NCBI RefSeq assembly: GCF_902652985.1
Contig: NC_047019.1
Coordinates: forward strand, 22,630,001-22,694,000
Length of the DNA: 64,000 nt
From: Pecten maximus
Taxonomy: Eukaryota
Direction of reading: 5' to 3'
In this document: piece after piece, positions 38,866 through 54,295 of the stretch
How positions within the stretch are numbered: the stretch's first letter is position 1
Layout: each line of letters starts with the position of its first letter
Made by a program: the position numbers and the translations under genes
Notes under the pieces: model-generated
The model's database searches: none
What the model was told of the DNA's origin: nothing
What the model saw: the letters and a program-made list of their open reading frames with translations, nothing else

Positions 38866-41800
38866 GCTTGTTATAAATAATAAATTGTCATCATGAGTGA
38901 TGGATGATTATAACAAATAGAAAAACGATGCATCATCAATATTGATAGTAAATGCTGTCATGAGGGAATATTAGTTATTTATTAATCACGAGTTGCATGT
39001 TGTGTGTCACTTTTTGTGTAGCTGCCGCCCTTAAAAGTATTGTATGGAAATTCCATCGAATGACACATTGATATTTTTCAAGGTTGCATTGACATGTATA
39101 TAAGATATGCCGATTATTTTTATCTGAATTGCTCATAAGGCGAATTTTTCTATACGAAATTAGTAAAATGACAAAAACTTTCCTATTAAGCACGTTATAA
39201 TGGACCGAACAACATTATGTTTCATTTGACAGGAATGAGTTTGCACTATTTTCTCCTCACTTTAGAGCGATAGTAAAGAGCAATTCATATGCATCACTTA
39301 CACATCTGGAACGCCTTTTATTATTGTATAATGTAATATACATCTCTCTTTCTCTAAAATTCATATTTCATGCTGACAGATTGTTTGAGTATTATCTTCT
39401 CTCATCTCTATCAAAGATTCGTAGAATAATTATTGATAATTAAGTTTTAATATCAAGCTTTATGACTATTGGAAGTGACTGCAATTGCAATAATATAGCA
39501 TAATTAAACTGAGATAAAATACTATTTACTTAAAAGTTGAAAATATAAAATGATTGATTAAAAAATTGTATCATCAAAACAGAAAGCAAAGGAGTTTTGT
39601 AGCGTATGTACATATTTGTATATACCACCTGTCTGCTTGTCTATTAGAGGTATTCTATTTATTCGAAATTAAACAATATCAAATATTTTATATGTTGTGA
39701 TGAGGTACGTGAGATTCCACATCGAATTGAAATACATATCTCTAAATAACACAATTGTATTTACGTTGCTTTACCTTAAATCCACAGTATACTTTGTACT
39801 TTACATTTGTATACTGTTTGTGTTAAATAAAGTGTTGGATCATAACTTGTCATCACACAAAGACAGCTGAACAAAGAAGACGTGGGGCAATTGTTCTCAA
39901 TCAAGTCAGTGCTGTACATCTTACTGAACATTACTATCAACATCAGATAATCCTTGTAGGTACTGAAGAACATTGTTATTATTGATCTTTATTGTTATTA
40001 AAGTACACGTTTTGATCGGCATAGTTTGATTACGTTAGTTCACAGTCGTTCGTCTGTCAACACCAATGCTACTGTGTACTTTACGGTGCGGGTTCAAAAT
40101 TGTAGTTGATAATTTGGTAAAAACTGAGGCAAAAGATTTAAAGGTAGTGCATTGTAGGTTGTTTGATTTAGCTTTTCTCAAATGTTTGACAACTTATGCT
40201 GATCAATATTTATTGTATTCATACATTTGAAATAATACTTAAACTTTCACTTTATCTAAAATCTTTTGTGAACAATAATTTTCGATTTACGTGGACAAAA
40301 TGATAAAACTTACTTTCTTTATCAAAACATTAGTAAAAAATCAAAAGTGCTCACTCAAATCTTATATTTCAACACCATGTTATGTATTTGGAATTAGTTC
40401 TTTAAACTACCCATGCAGCACATGCCAATTCGTTATAAAACGTATGTTTCGACATTATCCCATATCAAACACCGTTATACCACATGAATCACTGCTATAC
40501 ATATAATTTGAAACGTGTATAGTTTTTTACTTACTGTTACTGCTTATGTGTACAAAAACACTGCTGGTAGACCATAAAGATTTAAATAAACACCTAAATA
40601 TTGATTTTAATAAGTGATTATCCCAGTTAAATCCACTTTATCGCACACCTACATAAGTGTTAAGTAGCAATTTGCTTTTGATTGCTCTTTGAATTATAGA
40701 TATATACATTTATATATATTGATCATAATGTAAATGACTATTTATGAAAATATTAGGATTATAATAAGCCATCAAGGACATGCTGGAATACAATGATAAA
40801 ATTTCTTTTCATAGAACTTATGATAGGACGAACAATGCTCTATTACAATGTGTGATTACAATGTCTAGCGTGTCATCATCACATTGTATATATTTACCTA
40901 GAGAGAGTTATTCAATAAAATGCTTCAAATATTACATCATAGATGTAAACATTTGAATATTCTTTACATACCTGTACCTATTTCATGCGGTAAAGATATT
41001 TATTTATATCGATATCTAGTATTTGCTTTAAGCGAAAATTTTATAGAAAGCTCATCAATAATTATCGAATTTCATATTATAAGGTATATATATACAAATG
41101 ACACATTCTTATCATCAGTGTTTGCTAATACAGGGATTTTTCAAATTGTATAACATAATTGATAGATTGTATTTTGTATCACCATTATGTATGTAATGGT
41201 TGAATACGTTCGCGAATAAACGCACGAGTTTGAAGACGAGAAAAAACAACTATTGAAATATCTCTATATTTGTTGAGATTGTCTTGTTTTTAAATATCCG
41301 CATACTTTGTTCCTTTTTATACACAAAGCTACGCATGCCGATTACTATCTGACACAAGTGTTGGATCATCGGTTGTCATCGAACATTGTCTCTCGGATAA
41401 TAGAGACATAAGTCCATTGTTCCAAAACAGACCCCGTGATGTTCATCTCTCATGTGAACATACTTAACAGCATCAGATAACCTTAATAGGTAAAACAGAT
41501 CATTGTCAGCATTTTTTCTCATTGTGATCAAAGTACCTGTACGCTTATATCATTGTATACTGAGTTACAATTGCTTAAAACATTCGAATATAATCTTTAT
41601 AACACTTGCTTCCATGTAGTTTACTTAACGAATGCTGTTAGAACCACCAACATTTTTGAGTTCTATTAAGACAAAGAGTAGCTTGCAAGCAGTTTTGTAT
41701 AATTCAATTAAACCATACATGTAAACGTAATATGAAATAAAACAAGTTAATAATTTGGATTTATTAAACCAACAGGAAATACAATAAGTCTTCTAATCCA

Positions 41801-43107
41801 ATAAAACCGGGAATAATGCGTCATCTTTCACCTGCAATATACGATACGTTTGTTATTAATCCTATTAATTATGAATTCTCTGTTTAGTATGCAATGCAGG
41901 TTTTTACGTTGCCTTGCACATCTATAACCCAGATGTTAAACAATCTTGTGAAATGGTTGTCAATCTGAATATGCATACAATCAAGAGATTAAAAACACTA
42001 TAACACTCGAGTATTCGATATTGCGTATTGCGTTGAATTAAATTACTTAATAGTGTATCATTTCTTATGTTGTATCCGATGATTTTAATCGAACAATTTA
42101 CAATATTTCTTCTGCAGTGTTGATAATCAACTCCATATATATATAGTAGTGAATAATTCAGGTTTAAGAGCTCGTCACTGAGGATTACATAACTTTGTAA
42201 ATTAAGTTTTTCCATATACTGTAACTTCACATTTTTTCGCACGATTAAAATTTATCGGATAATGACATTTGGTCAGATAATCCCCCTAATTAATAGAAAT
42301 ATATATACATTTATAATACACAAATGTACAGAAAACGCAATAGGCACAGTCATACTTTAATGCAAAGCTTTAAGCACCAGAGAACTTTATGGCTTGAATA
42401 TATGATCGGTAAAACACTACAACTTGTTGCAAAAATAATAAAATCCTTGTCTTAGTTGAGATTTATTTTTATTATCCCAATAACATTTAAAAAATAATTA
42501 ACAGCTTTACGCCAGTCAGTTCGACTGTTGTCAATAACAATAATATAATGATTCAATACATTACACACTCACATACTTTTCAACCTTCGTGCGAATCTAC
42601 ACACCTGTGTCGTGATATGTACAATTAAACTCATTCATACTGTGTATATTAAATCCATAATCGATTGCGGCTAATCGATAGTCTGAAATTTAAAATAAAT
42701 CATGTAAAACTTATTGCAATTATAAATCATCTCTTCATATACCTTTGCGTCATGTTTTCTATGGGCAAGGCCCTTCGTCAATTGTTATTAGCGGAATATA
42801 TAAATATATACTCATTTGTCTTGTTCGGAATGTTCATAAACACTTGTGGAACACAGTCATTTGGCAGAGTTCAACTATCTCTTTTTTCAATAGAGACATA
42901 GGTCATTCATCACGTCACATCATGGATTGTTCGTTAATACGTTGAAGCTTAGTCCATCTCCTCCATATTTATCGTAATTTCAACATCATCTAACACATTA
43001 ATATTTCTTTGTAGCTTTCATACGTTTTAAGTTTTTGTTGTTGTTATTTCGGTCAGTATCAATTCGTGTTTCCTGATCTTGGATACGGATTAAAGCACGA
43101 TTCCCTC

Positions 43108-43959
43108 CTAATGGCTATGTATGGTTCCACATAAGCTCTCGTCACTGTCAGAATCAATTGAACTCAAGTCTTCCGTGGAGCTGGATGTATCTGAAACAAT
43201 ATTAATTAATGTACAATTAGTTAAATTCGCAACTGATAGCAATAATTGGAATTCGAAAAAAAAATCGTATTATTTTTACATTATATTTACATGTGATTTT
43301 TGGTGCATATTTTGGAAGATTTCTATTGCTATTTCATCATTTGAAATAAAAACATAATTACCTTCAATGCTAGAGAGAGATCCGGTTCTACCTCTGGACA
43401 TAAAGCTTTGAGTTTGTCTGTTAGAGATGGGCTCGTCAATATTCACGAATGTCATTCGGCCGTTGATCAGGGCGAGTTTCTTTCTTAATGGTGTACTAGA
43501 GCTTCGTTTCCGTTTGGACAGCGTTTTGATGTTGTCATTGATTGACAGTAACTGTTTCATCAACTGCACATCTTGTTGTCTAAGATCTAGCTGTAATTAT
43601 CAAAACAATACTGTTTAACTATTGATGAAAAGTCATAGTATGTTAATACTATTTTGGGCTATAGAAATAAGAATATCATGCCATGTAAAACCTTTTAAAT
43701 AGATATTTCAATATCGAAAATCATGAATATCAGTAAGCGTATTGATAAACATATAGCGATTATTGTATATCAGAATATAGTTTACTTATGATAGAAACTT
43801 TTTTGAACAAACCTTTATTGCTAATTAAAAAAATAAAATCAATGTAATCTAGCTGTACAAATAAGACGCCTTACGTACCATTTCACTCCTGAGAGTTGCT
43901 AGAGCGCTGTTTATCCTGTCGGATGCGGCGGTGTTGGAAGTTGTCTGGGCGGATTCCAT
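43108..43959 (-). CDS. LURAP1/FAM89-like protein, copy 3, 130 aa. Exons 43959-43879, 43590-43362, 43190-43108
   Basis: MESAQTTSNTAASDRINSALATLRSEM|LDLRQQDVQLMKQLLSINDNIK...SIE|DTSSSTEDLSSIDSDSDESLCGTIHSH*. Exon lengths identical to copy 2; TATA at 44044-44051. Confidence 0.85.
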
Positions 43960-46900
43960 GGTGATTAGTTTAGTGTTATAGAACAAGTTGTTCCGTGTAT
44001 TTAGTGTCTAGGCGAGAAGTGATATGGCTAGCGTTATTAAGTCTTTATATACTACCCCTTTGTCACGGGTAACTGACGGACTGACCACGTGATCCTATGC
44101 CACTGGAGACCGATCGGTTACACCTTGTGTGTGTCGGTGTAGCTGCTAATCGGGTGCGGGATTATATTCCGTAGATGGTGTTTGATATGGTTCTCATACT
44201 TCAGACATTTTACTACATATGTTCTCCCGCATAGCAAACAGGCAACAGGAATACCTGGACTGAGAACAGGAATGACATTTTCTTGATATGAGGTGTGGCA
44301 GATGTCAAGCAAATTGATACTACATACATATATTGCTTTTTGACATTTTTAAGATCACAAACTTACTTAGAGATAGAAAGTCCTGATGTTTCAGAAATAT
44401 TTGTTTGAAATCAGCTGAGTTCAATAGGCTTCTATTATTAGCACATTTTCTGAATATCGCTTGGGTATTGTTTCTTGTATTTATTCTTTCTTTCCGTTAG
44501 TTAATCCATTGAAATTGTGTTCATCCGTATACATATTAGAGATATCTTTGCATTAACATTCTACTGGATACGTTCAATGAATTCAAATTAGTATTGATAT
44601 TGTGTTAAAAAAATAAAAACAAAACAAAAATAACAAAAAACAAAAAACTGAATGGCGATGAAAGGATATTTGGTTCTACCTTCGTGCGACTGTATTTTGA
44701 GGTTTATATAAATATACAGTAGCTTTTTAGTTAGGGAATTATGCGGACCATATATACTATGTACCCGGCTTTTAACAATGCAGCTCGGGATTTGAGTAGA
44801 TATGTATAAGTAATATAGCACGAAAGATAGTCTTTTTGCGGCAGGACTATTTCCGATTTCATCTTAAAATCAATTGTGTTTACAAAGTAAATAATTTCAT
44901 TTTGGCTAACACACGACCCATTATGGTAAAGAGAAAAAGAGTCGCATATTTCATACGTTTTGTATGGCGGACAGATACAAGCCTGAGTCTTTGTGTAAAA
45001 GCATTTCGTACGTGACCTTATAAACGTTGTGTATAATCAATGTATTTTGTAGCTAGATATACCGTTACCTTATCGAAACCAATACCGCTAAAATATCAAC
45101 GTTATTTAGATCGGCTCACACACCCTGTACCACTATAACATTTCCACCTTTGACAAGTTAAACTGTTCTATCGCAATGGTACAAGCTGGGGGTAAACTAC
45201 TATGTACATAAGTCAGGTTTCACCATAGCTAGGCCAAGTTGCTTAGCCTAGATTTTTGTTCAACAATTGACACATTTCATGATATTATTTGTAAGGGATA
45301 TGTTGAAAATTTTGAAATGATTCTGCATGATGTTGTTGATTTTCCCCCCCGTTGTATGTCAATCTTAAGCATATTCCTTTGCAGTTCAGCAAGGATATAC
45401 ATGTATACATGTATGTGTATATGTGTGTGTTACACTGTTGAAATGGTATAGGATGGCGTACATGGTCCCAAATTCAGTGTCTTTATTTTTATTGGAATTT
45501 TAGAAACATTTACTCATATATCTAAATATACCCTGCAACACATCATAGATAATAATTAATGTTAAGAACGCCAATTGAATAAAAATCATCACATGTCAAC
45601 TACAATATCATTTGTGGCATATTATATCACTCATTCGTCCTAGAAATGTAAATATACTATTGTACCTAAAAATGTTAGAAGTATTAAATGTTATTGTGTT
45701 TATCCCGTTGGTAATTTAAGATGGAATTTTATTCAATATGTTTAACCTTTTCGTAATATCCAGTACGTGTATTTATCTAGTGTACCGGATTTTGTGGAAA
45801 CTTAACAAAATATACGCGAAATTCACATTGAAATCATCTTAACCATACGATGATGATGTCTAATTCCGCTGTCCTTTGGTTTATTTATTTGTCTAGGATA
45901 ACATATATTTATACTTCAATACAAAACAGAAATGTTTAAGAATGTAAGATAGTGTGTAGCAGTTTCGATACTTAAATCGATATATGGATTCTTGACATAT
46001 TTAAAGCACACATTTCATGAACAAATGTAGATACCTAGTCAAACACTATCCTAACAATGTATACATAAACAATAGCCATATATTGTCAATGTGCCAGATG
46101 TAACTGATCTCTCTACTTAGGCATGTGGATCATACAATATCGTATTTTACGCAGGCTTGCTTATGGATAGAGGGTTGTAATAAATAGGAATGAAAACAAA
46201 AGCCTGCTCATTTATTACAAAAGAGTGTTTATAAGATTGATCAGCCAAAAAACATTGAGTATGCATCTATGTTATCAAACAAGGCAACCACTGACAGGAT
46301 ACTGTTATTAGACAAATTCAAATACAAAACAATATGTAATGTATTGTATCTAACAATATCTTGACTATTTTGTTTTATTTTGACACCATTGTGGTTAAAG
46401 TTAAACTGTAATACTCTTTTAAGTATGTAATGCAAAGCTCGATACGCAGACAGAGAGGATGGTAACCATGAAGAGATACTTTGATTTTAGTTGATCCGAT
46501 GTAATTGGTGCCGTTTCACTTAATATCTATGATGTGTTTGATGAAACATGCTGATTTACAAACAATTCAAGAGATATCCATAGCAAATAGAAAACAAGAA
46601 CATTAACGTTTTTCTGGTAACATTTTTCTTTATTTTAATGATATCCTTAACATGGTAATAAATATTGCAACTATCCCAATCACCGCACTCAATACACATG
46701 CGTTAACAATACACATTCATGTCAACTGGACATAGGATCATACACATCTCTATTCATTTATTATTTCACATTTACATCAATGCAAGCTTTTAGTAACTCA
46801 ATCCCATACCTTTTGATCTGATTTCAAATTTCATAAAACACATACGCTCTTTTTGGGAAAACGACAATTGACATGGGTAAAATAGCCTGTGTGGAAAATC

Positions 46901-47213
46901 TTATCTGCCGGAGTTAGGTTTTCGTTTTGTCATTGTCTTGATGTTGTCGTTGATACAAATAAGCTGCTGCATCAACTGGGCATCTTGTTGTCCCAGGTCA
47001 AGCTGCAATGATAAAAGTGAACGTTATATTACAGTTGAACAACATTGGTTATGCTATTTTAGTAGACCACGTAGATGGTACATAATATATACAATAACAT
47101 ATCGTTAAGCGTATGAATTAGATGAAATTTACCATATCACTCCTGAGTGTAGCAAGAGCACCATTTATCCTTTCAGCTGCGGTAGTGCTTGATATCATTC
47201 GTTCGGATGCCAT
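46901..47213 (-). pseudogene. LURAP1/FAM89-like copy 4, truncated (60 aa); pseudogene or helix-only form. Exons 47213-47133, 47002-46901
   Basis: MASERMISSTTAAERINGALATLRSDM|LDLGQQDAQLMQQLICINDNIKTMTKRKPNSGR*. TAA stands where copies 5-7 have CAA; R>G and V>A changes in LRQQDV; the downstream coding part is absent. Confidence 0.7.
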
Positions 47214-48339
47214 GGCTGGTGAATTCTAGACGGTTTTGTAACAACCTGGTCAATGTCTGTGAATAAAATGATCAGATATATTTTCTCTTTTCTTTATATG
47301 CCAACTCCACCATTACGTTTGGCTACGAAAAATCCACGGGTGGTGTAGCATTTTAACACACAGAACACCTATCGTAGAAGCCAAGTATATCAATTACATT
47401 TTGACTATATAACATATAGCCACAGAGCATGTATTTGGTGCTTAATTGTTTGGATGGTGTTTGATAAGGTCACAATTAATGCATTCCTACAGTAAATGAT
47501 ATGCTCCCCACGCAGTATACGTTCACAATACGTGTTTAGGGGAAGTACCGGCAACATTTCTGTATTCACCTGCAGAATATGCAGGGTCAATATACCAACA
47601 TACAATAAGTTAGGCTTTTGATCAATATTGTCAACAACTTGTTTTTAATATACATATATTCATAGATTCAATTCATATATACATGAATGTAAACCAACAA
47701 AATGAAGCAAACTATATCATATTACAAGTTCTATTTTGACAACGTTTTTGAAGTATAAATACGACATGGTTTTACCTGCAAAATGAATGGTCAGTAGGTT
47801 GTCTATCTGGTATTTTACTTTACTGTTCAGGGTATATAGTTATTATATCAAAAACATGTTCCGTCTTAATCCTTTAAACACAGACCAAACCGTGAACAGT
47901 TTTGAAACTGTCTTTTGTTGAAGCATTATATTAGTATATTTGGCGCACTAAGGACATATAGGGAAAAGACTGTATCACATGAACATTTTCATATATGTGT
48001 CCCAATTCGCTGGTCTTTTTTTCTTTCAACCTAACTACCTTTAAAAAAGAACCAGATTTTTAAGTTGTTGATCTTAAGCAGATTAACTGTGACGAAGTTT
48101 TGCATCACACGTACAATAAGGATAGATACCTTTTAATTTTGCATGACAAATAGAGAAACGACATTTTTGCTGTTGCCTCCTTTAAATTGTTTCTTATCGA
48201 ATTGATGAATTCTGCTTAATGTATGAACCGAGAACAATTCAATGAACATTCGTCATCAATAGAAAACAAAAACAACAATATTCTGATCACTTTTGTTTAT
48301 TTCAATATATAACGTTGTAAAACATATTGCAACTTCCCA

Positions 48340-48342
<3 letters not shown>

Positions 48343-48378
<36 letters not shown>
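48343..48378. repeat. (CT)n microsatellite in the copy 5 3'UTR
   Basis: Direct reading of the sequence. Confidence 0.95.
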
Positions 48379-48379
<1 letters not shown>

Positions 48380-49071
48380 AGAAAAATTGAACATTCATAA
48401 ATTTACATATGCAAAAAGCTAGGCTTACAACAACTCACTGACATACGATCATTTATTCAATCGCTTGTCTAGACTCAAACTCATATTTTCAAAACAGACA
48501 CTTGATCTGCCTAATTTGTCTTATGTGGAATACCAACACACTCGTCAACATGGGATATATTAATGCCTCATTTACAACCTTCAAATTTTCTTTTAATTTC
48601 GAGTTACACTAATATTCGAAAACCACATGCATATATTCATATTATTTGAACACATTAATACAAAATGGCAGTTTTGAGCTAATCAATGAAAGAATTGTTA
48701 AAACTTTGTTTTTCCTTCTTGAGTTAAGTATCAGGGTACGAATCAGTATACACGTTCTCTTTGGATTAACGAAAGTAAAGCAATGTCCTTATTATTGGAT
48801 TGACATATGAAGTCTTTGAATATCTTCGTATAAACTCGGGTTTCTTCACACGTATCTATAGATTGACAAAAATGTCTGTCCAAATTTAGATCACAGTTCA
48901 GTTCATCTGGCTCCGCAGTATAAAAAGGAACGTTGTAGGATTGACGTTGTTGATACATGGAATAAGATCTAATAATGTTTCTTATCGTCATCATTGCTTG
49001 TTTTTAGCACAAGTTTTCCTATTTGTTTAAAGTTCAATAACTCGGAAACAGTTTTGTAAACACTGTATGGA

Positions 49072-49515
49072 TTAATTTTCAATACCAGACAAACTTTCGT
49101 CACTGTCCGAATCTGCAGAACTAGAATCTTCTTCTGGAATCGATTCATTCTGATTAATAAACTTCCGTCGCCCGTTGAGCAAGGATTGTTTCGTTATGCG
49201 TTGTCTGCCTGAATTAGGTCTTCGTTTGGTCAGTGCCTTGATGTTGTCGTTAATACAAATAAGCTGCTGCATCAACTGGACATCTTGTTGTCTCAGGTCA
49301 AGCTGTAATGATAAAAGTGAACAATTTATTAGATTTTTTGATCATTCAAAAAGGTACAGGACTGAAATATACCTCACTTATAGAGCATAACATAGTCATT
49401 GATAGTAATCAATAATTGTATACAGTTTTTTATTACTTACCATATCACTCTTAAGTGTTGCAAGCGCACTATTTATCCTGTCTGTGGCGGTACTGTTGGA
49501 TGGTACAGATTCCAT
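49072..49515 (-). CDS. LURAP1/FAM89-like protein, copy 5, 101 aa. Exons 49515-49441, 49302-49072
   Basis: MESVPSNSTATDRINSALATLKSDM|LDLRQQDVQLMQQLICINDNIKALTKRR...EEDSSSADSDSDESLSGIEN*. An in-frame ATG also lies 2 codons upstream; TATA at 49589-49596. Confidence 0.85.
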
Positions 49516-51596
49516 GTTCATTCCTGTGTTTGTTGTAACAAGTTAGTCAGTGTCTGAGTAAAAAATGATCAAAGCCTTGATTCATTCCTATATATACTAG
49601 TCCTCCAACCTCACGTGAAGCTACGTGAATCCGCGGGTGTCTTCTTTTAGAAACACACAAAGCTTCTGTTAGTTTAGCCAAGTACCTATGTGGAGAGATC
49701 GGTTACATTTGGCACATGTACACAATGTTTTCTACAGTGCCAAGGCATAGATATTTTTGGGCATTAATTGTTTAGATGGTGATAGATAACCTATCTATAT
49801 TATTTCATTCTTATGGTAATTGATATGTTCCCCGCAATGATAAATAATATGTTTACGTTGGTGGTATGCTTTTAAACCTTGTGACAGCAAGTGCTTTTAA
49901 GTTTTATACTTACAAGGAGAAGAATTCAAGGCCGATGTATTGACACATATTTTCACTGATTACATACTTAACGTTGTCCATCAGAGTAATACGTTTTGCT
50001 CTTTATAAATACCTAGAGATTGCAAAGATGCACATGGTGAATATATTTCCCAGTGATACCAGACATAGAATAAAATATTTTTGACGTGAACCATCGACGT
50101 GTCTGGAAACAGTATATCATTTTCTGATTTAAATAGAATTAACAATGATAAACTATTTCTATATTTATATGTAATGCTGTCTGTAAGTGTATATATGACC
50201 GTATTATCAAATGTGATGTATGCACCAGATCTAACTAATTTACGAATGATAAACACAATGAATAACGTGAAAGATTCTGCGAGTTCTTTCTTTGATAAAT
50301 TACATGCTACTTTTTGGACGAATCTGAGATTAGATAACCAAACATACTCGTTAATAACTGACAGTGTCATAACTGATTATCTGTTTTTTGTGTCATAACG
50401 TATAAAACGTATCGCATTTCTAATCCAACCTGTACAACATTTAAATTGGAAATATAAATAGATAGTACATTCATACATCTAGGATAGGTACCGAGATATA
50501 TTTGAAATCAACAGGATCAAATCATCAATCGAATTCGCTTGATGTCATTACAGTAAGTTTGTTTATGATACAATCGATAAAGTGTGTTTGGCTTCTGGTC
50601 ACCAAACAAATTCATTGTTCATCCAATCAGAATTGATAACACGAGCAATAATATCTCATTCAATTTTTATTTTCAAATTCTTTAACATAATAATAAATAT
50701 TGCAAGTTTCCCAACTCAAAACGACACTTAACAGTAAACAAACCAGACAATTGAACACATTTATCCATCTGACTACCAACGTGATAATGTTACATACACA
50801 CCAATATAGTATACAGTCACACAATTACGTCAGCCATTTAATCTTATATGACTTAACAACAACTAAAACATCCATGTACAGTAGCTGTAAACAACCAGAA
50901 ACGCACGTGTCTACATGTATTTTGCTACCAACGTAATAAGTTGAAATACACATCAATATAAGTATGGGGTTACTCATTTACATTAACCATTGAATCAAGT
51001 ATGACTACAGAATAACTTCGACCTTTTGGTGACAGTAAACATTTTTTTCTAGAATTGTCAAGGATATAATCTCTTTCTTAAAACCACACATTTAAATTGA
51101 CAGCTTTTCACGCAATTGGTCTACATTCACACTCATCAGTATAAACATATACTTCTTTTTTACGTATCAGTTGATTCATTCATACTATTGAACACAGTAA
51201 TATAAAGTATGGCAGGCATGAGCAAATGTCCCTTTTAAAGAAACGTCATTTTCACTATTGAATGTACAGGAAACTTTAAGCGTTTGATGCTGGGCATTTT
51301 AGATCCACTGATTTCAAGTAATGTCCACATTCTCTTTAAAGCATTTGATGTCTTCGAATCTCTTCTTGTAAAATTTATGTTTTTTCTATAGTAAAAGAAT
51401 GTCCAAAAGTATATGTCCATATTTAGATCGCATTTAATTGTCAGTGTAGCGAGACAAAATGCATGGAACCGGCAATATCAGCCTATGCGATATGTGTCCA
51501 ACAATATTTCTTCCCCAATACTCGCACCAATGGTTCTATATTTAGGTCCTGTCTGTTAAGTCTTCAGTTTATCTGTAACTGTTATCTAACATAAGA

Positions 51597-52044
51597 TTAA
51601 TTTTCTATACCAGAGATACTTTCATCACTATCGGAATCTGCAGAACTCAAATCTTCTTCTGGAATCGATTCATTCTGATTAATAAACTTCCGTCGCCCGT
51701 TGAGCGAAGAGTATTTAGTCCTCCGTTGCCTGCCGGAGTTAGGTCTTCGTTTGGTCAGTGCCTTGATGTTGTCGTTAATACAAATAAGCTGCTGCATCAA
51801 CTGGACATCTTGTTGTCTCAGGTCAAGCTGTAATGATAAAAGTGAACAATTTATTAGATTTTTTTATCATTCACAAAGGTACAGGACTGAAATATACCTC
51901 ACTTATAGAGCATACCATAGTCATTGATTAGTAATCAATAATTGTATACATTTTTTTTTTATTACGTACCATATCACTCTTAAGTGTTGCAAGCGCACTA
52001 TTTATCCTGTCTGTGGCGGTACTGTTGGATGGTACAGATTCCAT
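51597..52044 (-). CDS. LURAP1/FAM89-like protein, copy 6, 101 aa (chimera of copies 5 and 7). Exons 52044-51970, 51827-51597
   Basis: Exon 1, intron and promoter are nearly identical to copy 5; the C-terminal part and 3'UTR match copy 7. Confidence 0.85.
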
Positions 52045-52551
52045 GTTCATTCCCGTGTTTGTTGTAACAAGTTAGTCAGTGTCTGAGTAAGAAATGATCA
52101 AAGCCTTGATTCATTCCTATATATACTAGTCCTCCAACCTCACGTGGAGCTACGTGAATCCGCGGGTGTCTTCTTTTAGAAACACACAAAGCTTCTGTTA
52201 GTTTAGCCAAGTACCTATGTGGAGAGATCGGTTACATTTGGCACATGTACACAATGTTTTCTACAGTGCCAAGGCATAGATATTTTTGGGCATTAATTGT
52301 TTAGATGGTGATTGATAACGTATCTATATTATTACATTCGTACGGTAATTGATATGTTCCCCGCAATGATGAATAATATTTTACGTTGGTGGTATTCTTT
52401 TAAACCTTGGGACAGCAAACGCTTTTAAGTTTATACTTACAAGTAGAAGAATTCAAGGCCGATGTATTGACACATATTTTCACTGATTACATACTTAACA
52501 TTGTTCATCAGAGTAATACGTTTGGCTCTTATATAAATACCTAGAGGTTGC

Positions 52552-52791
52552 TTGTTTGTTTGTTTGTTTCTTTGTTTCTTTTTGTTTAACGTCCTATTAA
52601 CAGCCAGGGTCATTTAAGGACGTGCCAGGTTTTGGAGGTGGAGGAAAGCCGGAGAACCCGGAAAAAAACCCCACCGGCCTATGGTCAGCACCTGGCAACT
52701 GCCCCACGTAGGTTTCGAAATCGTAACCCAGAGGTGGAGGGCTAGTGTTAAAGTGTCGGGACACCTTAACCACTCGGCCACCGCGGCCCCT
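52552..52791 (-). mobile_element. tRNA-derived SINE with an (AAAC)n tail and a 12-bp TSD
   Basis: Head GGGGCCGCGGTGGCCGAGTGGTTAAGG; central TTTCCGGGTTCTCCGGCTTTCCTCC motif (as in V/Meta-type SINEs); TSD CCTAGAGGTTGC (52540-52551) / CCTAGAAGTTGC (52792-52803); empty site in the paralogous unit at 50012-50023. Confidence 0.92.
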
Positions 52792-54295
52792 CCTAGAAGT
52801 TGCAAAGATGTACATGGCGAGTATACTTTCTAGTGATACCAGACATAGATTAAAAGATTTTTGACGTGAACCATCGACGTGTCTGATTTAAATAGAATTA
52901 ACAATGATAAACTATTTGTATATTTATATGTAATGCTGTCTGAAAGTGTATATATGACCGTATTATCAAATGTGATGTATGCACCAGATCCAACTAATTT
53001 ACGAATGATAAACACAACGAATAACATGACAGATTCTGCGAGTTTTTTCTCTGATAAATAACATGCTTAATACTTTTTGGACGAATCTGAGATTAGATAA
53101 CCAAACATACTCGTTAATAGCTGACAGTGTCATATCTGATTATCTGTTTGTGTGTCATAACGTATAAAACGTATCGCATTTCTAATACAACCTGCAGAAC
53201 ATCTAAATTTGAAATATAAATAGATAGTACATTCAAACATCTAGGATAGGTACCGAGATATATTTGAAATCAACAGGATCAAATCATCAATCGAATTCGC
53301 TTGATGTCACTACAGTTAGTTTGTTTATGATACAGTCGATAAAGTGTGCTTGGCTTTTTGTCACCGAACAAATTCATTGTTCATCCAATCAGAATTAATA
53401 ACAAGAGCAATAATATTTCATTCAATTTTTATTTTTCAAATTCTATAACATAGTAATAAATATTGCAATTTCCCTAACTCAAATCGGCGCTTAACAGTAA
53501 ACATCCAGACAATTGAACACATGTATCCATCTGACTGCCAACGTGATAATGTTACATACACACCAATGTAAGCATACAGCCACACAATTACATCAGCCAT
53601 TTAATCGTATATGACTTAACAACAACTCAAACATCCATGTAGCTGTAAACAACCAGAAACGCACGTAATAAGTTGAGATACACATCAATATAGGTATGGA
53701 GTTACTCATTTACATTGACCATTGAATCAAGCATGACTACAGAATAAGTTCGACAATCTGGTGACAGTAAACTTTTTTTTTCTTAAATTTTTCCAGGATA
53801 TGATCTCATTCTTAAAAGCACACATTTAAATTGACAGCTTTTCGCGCAACTGGTCTACATTCACATTCATCAGTATAAGCATATACTTCTTTCTTACATA
53901 TCAGTTGATTCATTCATACTATTGAACACAGTAATATAAAGTATGGCAGGCATGAGCAAAGGTCCTTTTGAAAGAAACGTCATTTTCACTATTGAATGTA
54001 CAGGAAACTGCAAGCGTTTGATGCTGGGCATTTTAGATCCAATGATTTCAAGTAATGCCCACATTCTCTTTAAAGCATTCGATGTCTTCGAATCTCTTCT
54101 TGTTAATTTTATGTTTTTCTATAGTAAAAGAATGTCCAGAAGTATATGTCCATATTTGGATCGCATTTGATTGTCAGTGTAGCGAGACAAAATGCATGGT
54201 TTTAGAACCGGCAATATTAGCCTATGCGATATGTGTCCAACCATATTTCTTCTCCAGTACTCGCACCAATGGTTCTATTTTTGGGTCCTGTTAGA

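Larger units (their letters stand above)
49300..54290. repeat. Recent tandem segmental duplication, unit about 2.5 kb
   Basis: About 49300-51550 aligns by eye at high identity with about 51825-54290, apart from the SINE insertion at 52552. Confidence 0.9.

Noticed and set aside
49981-50398. 129-aa and 99-aa ORFs, echoed at 52830-53061
   Set aside because: The paralogous copy has indels that break the frames; this is duplicated intergenic DNA.
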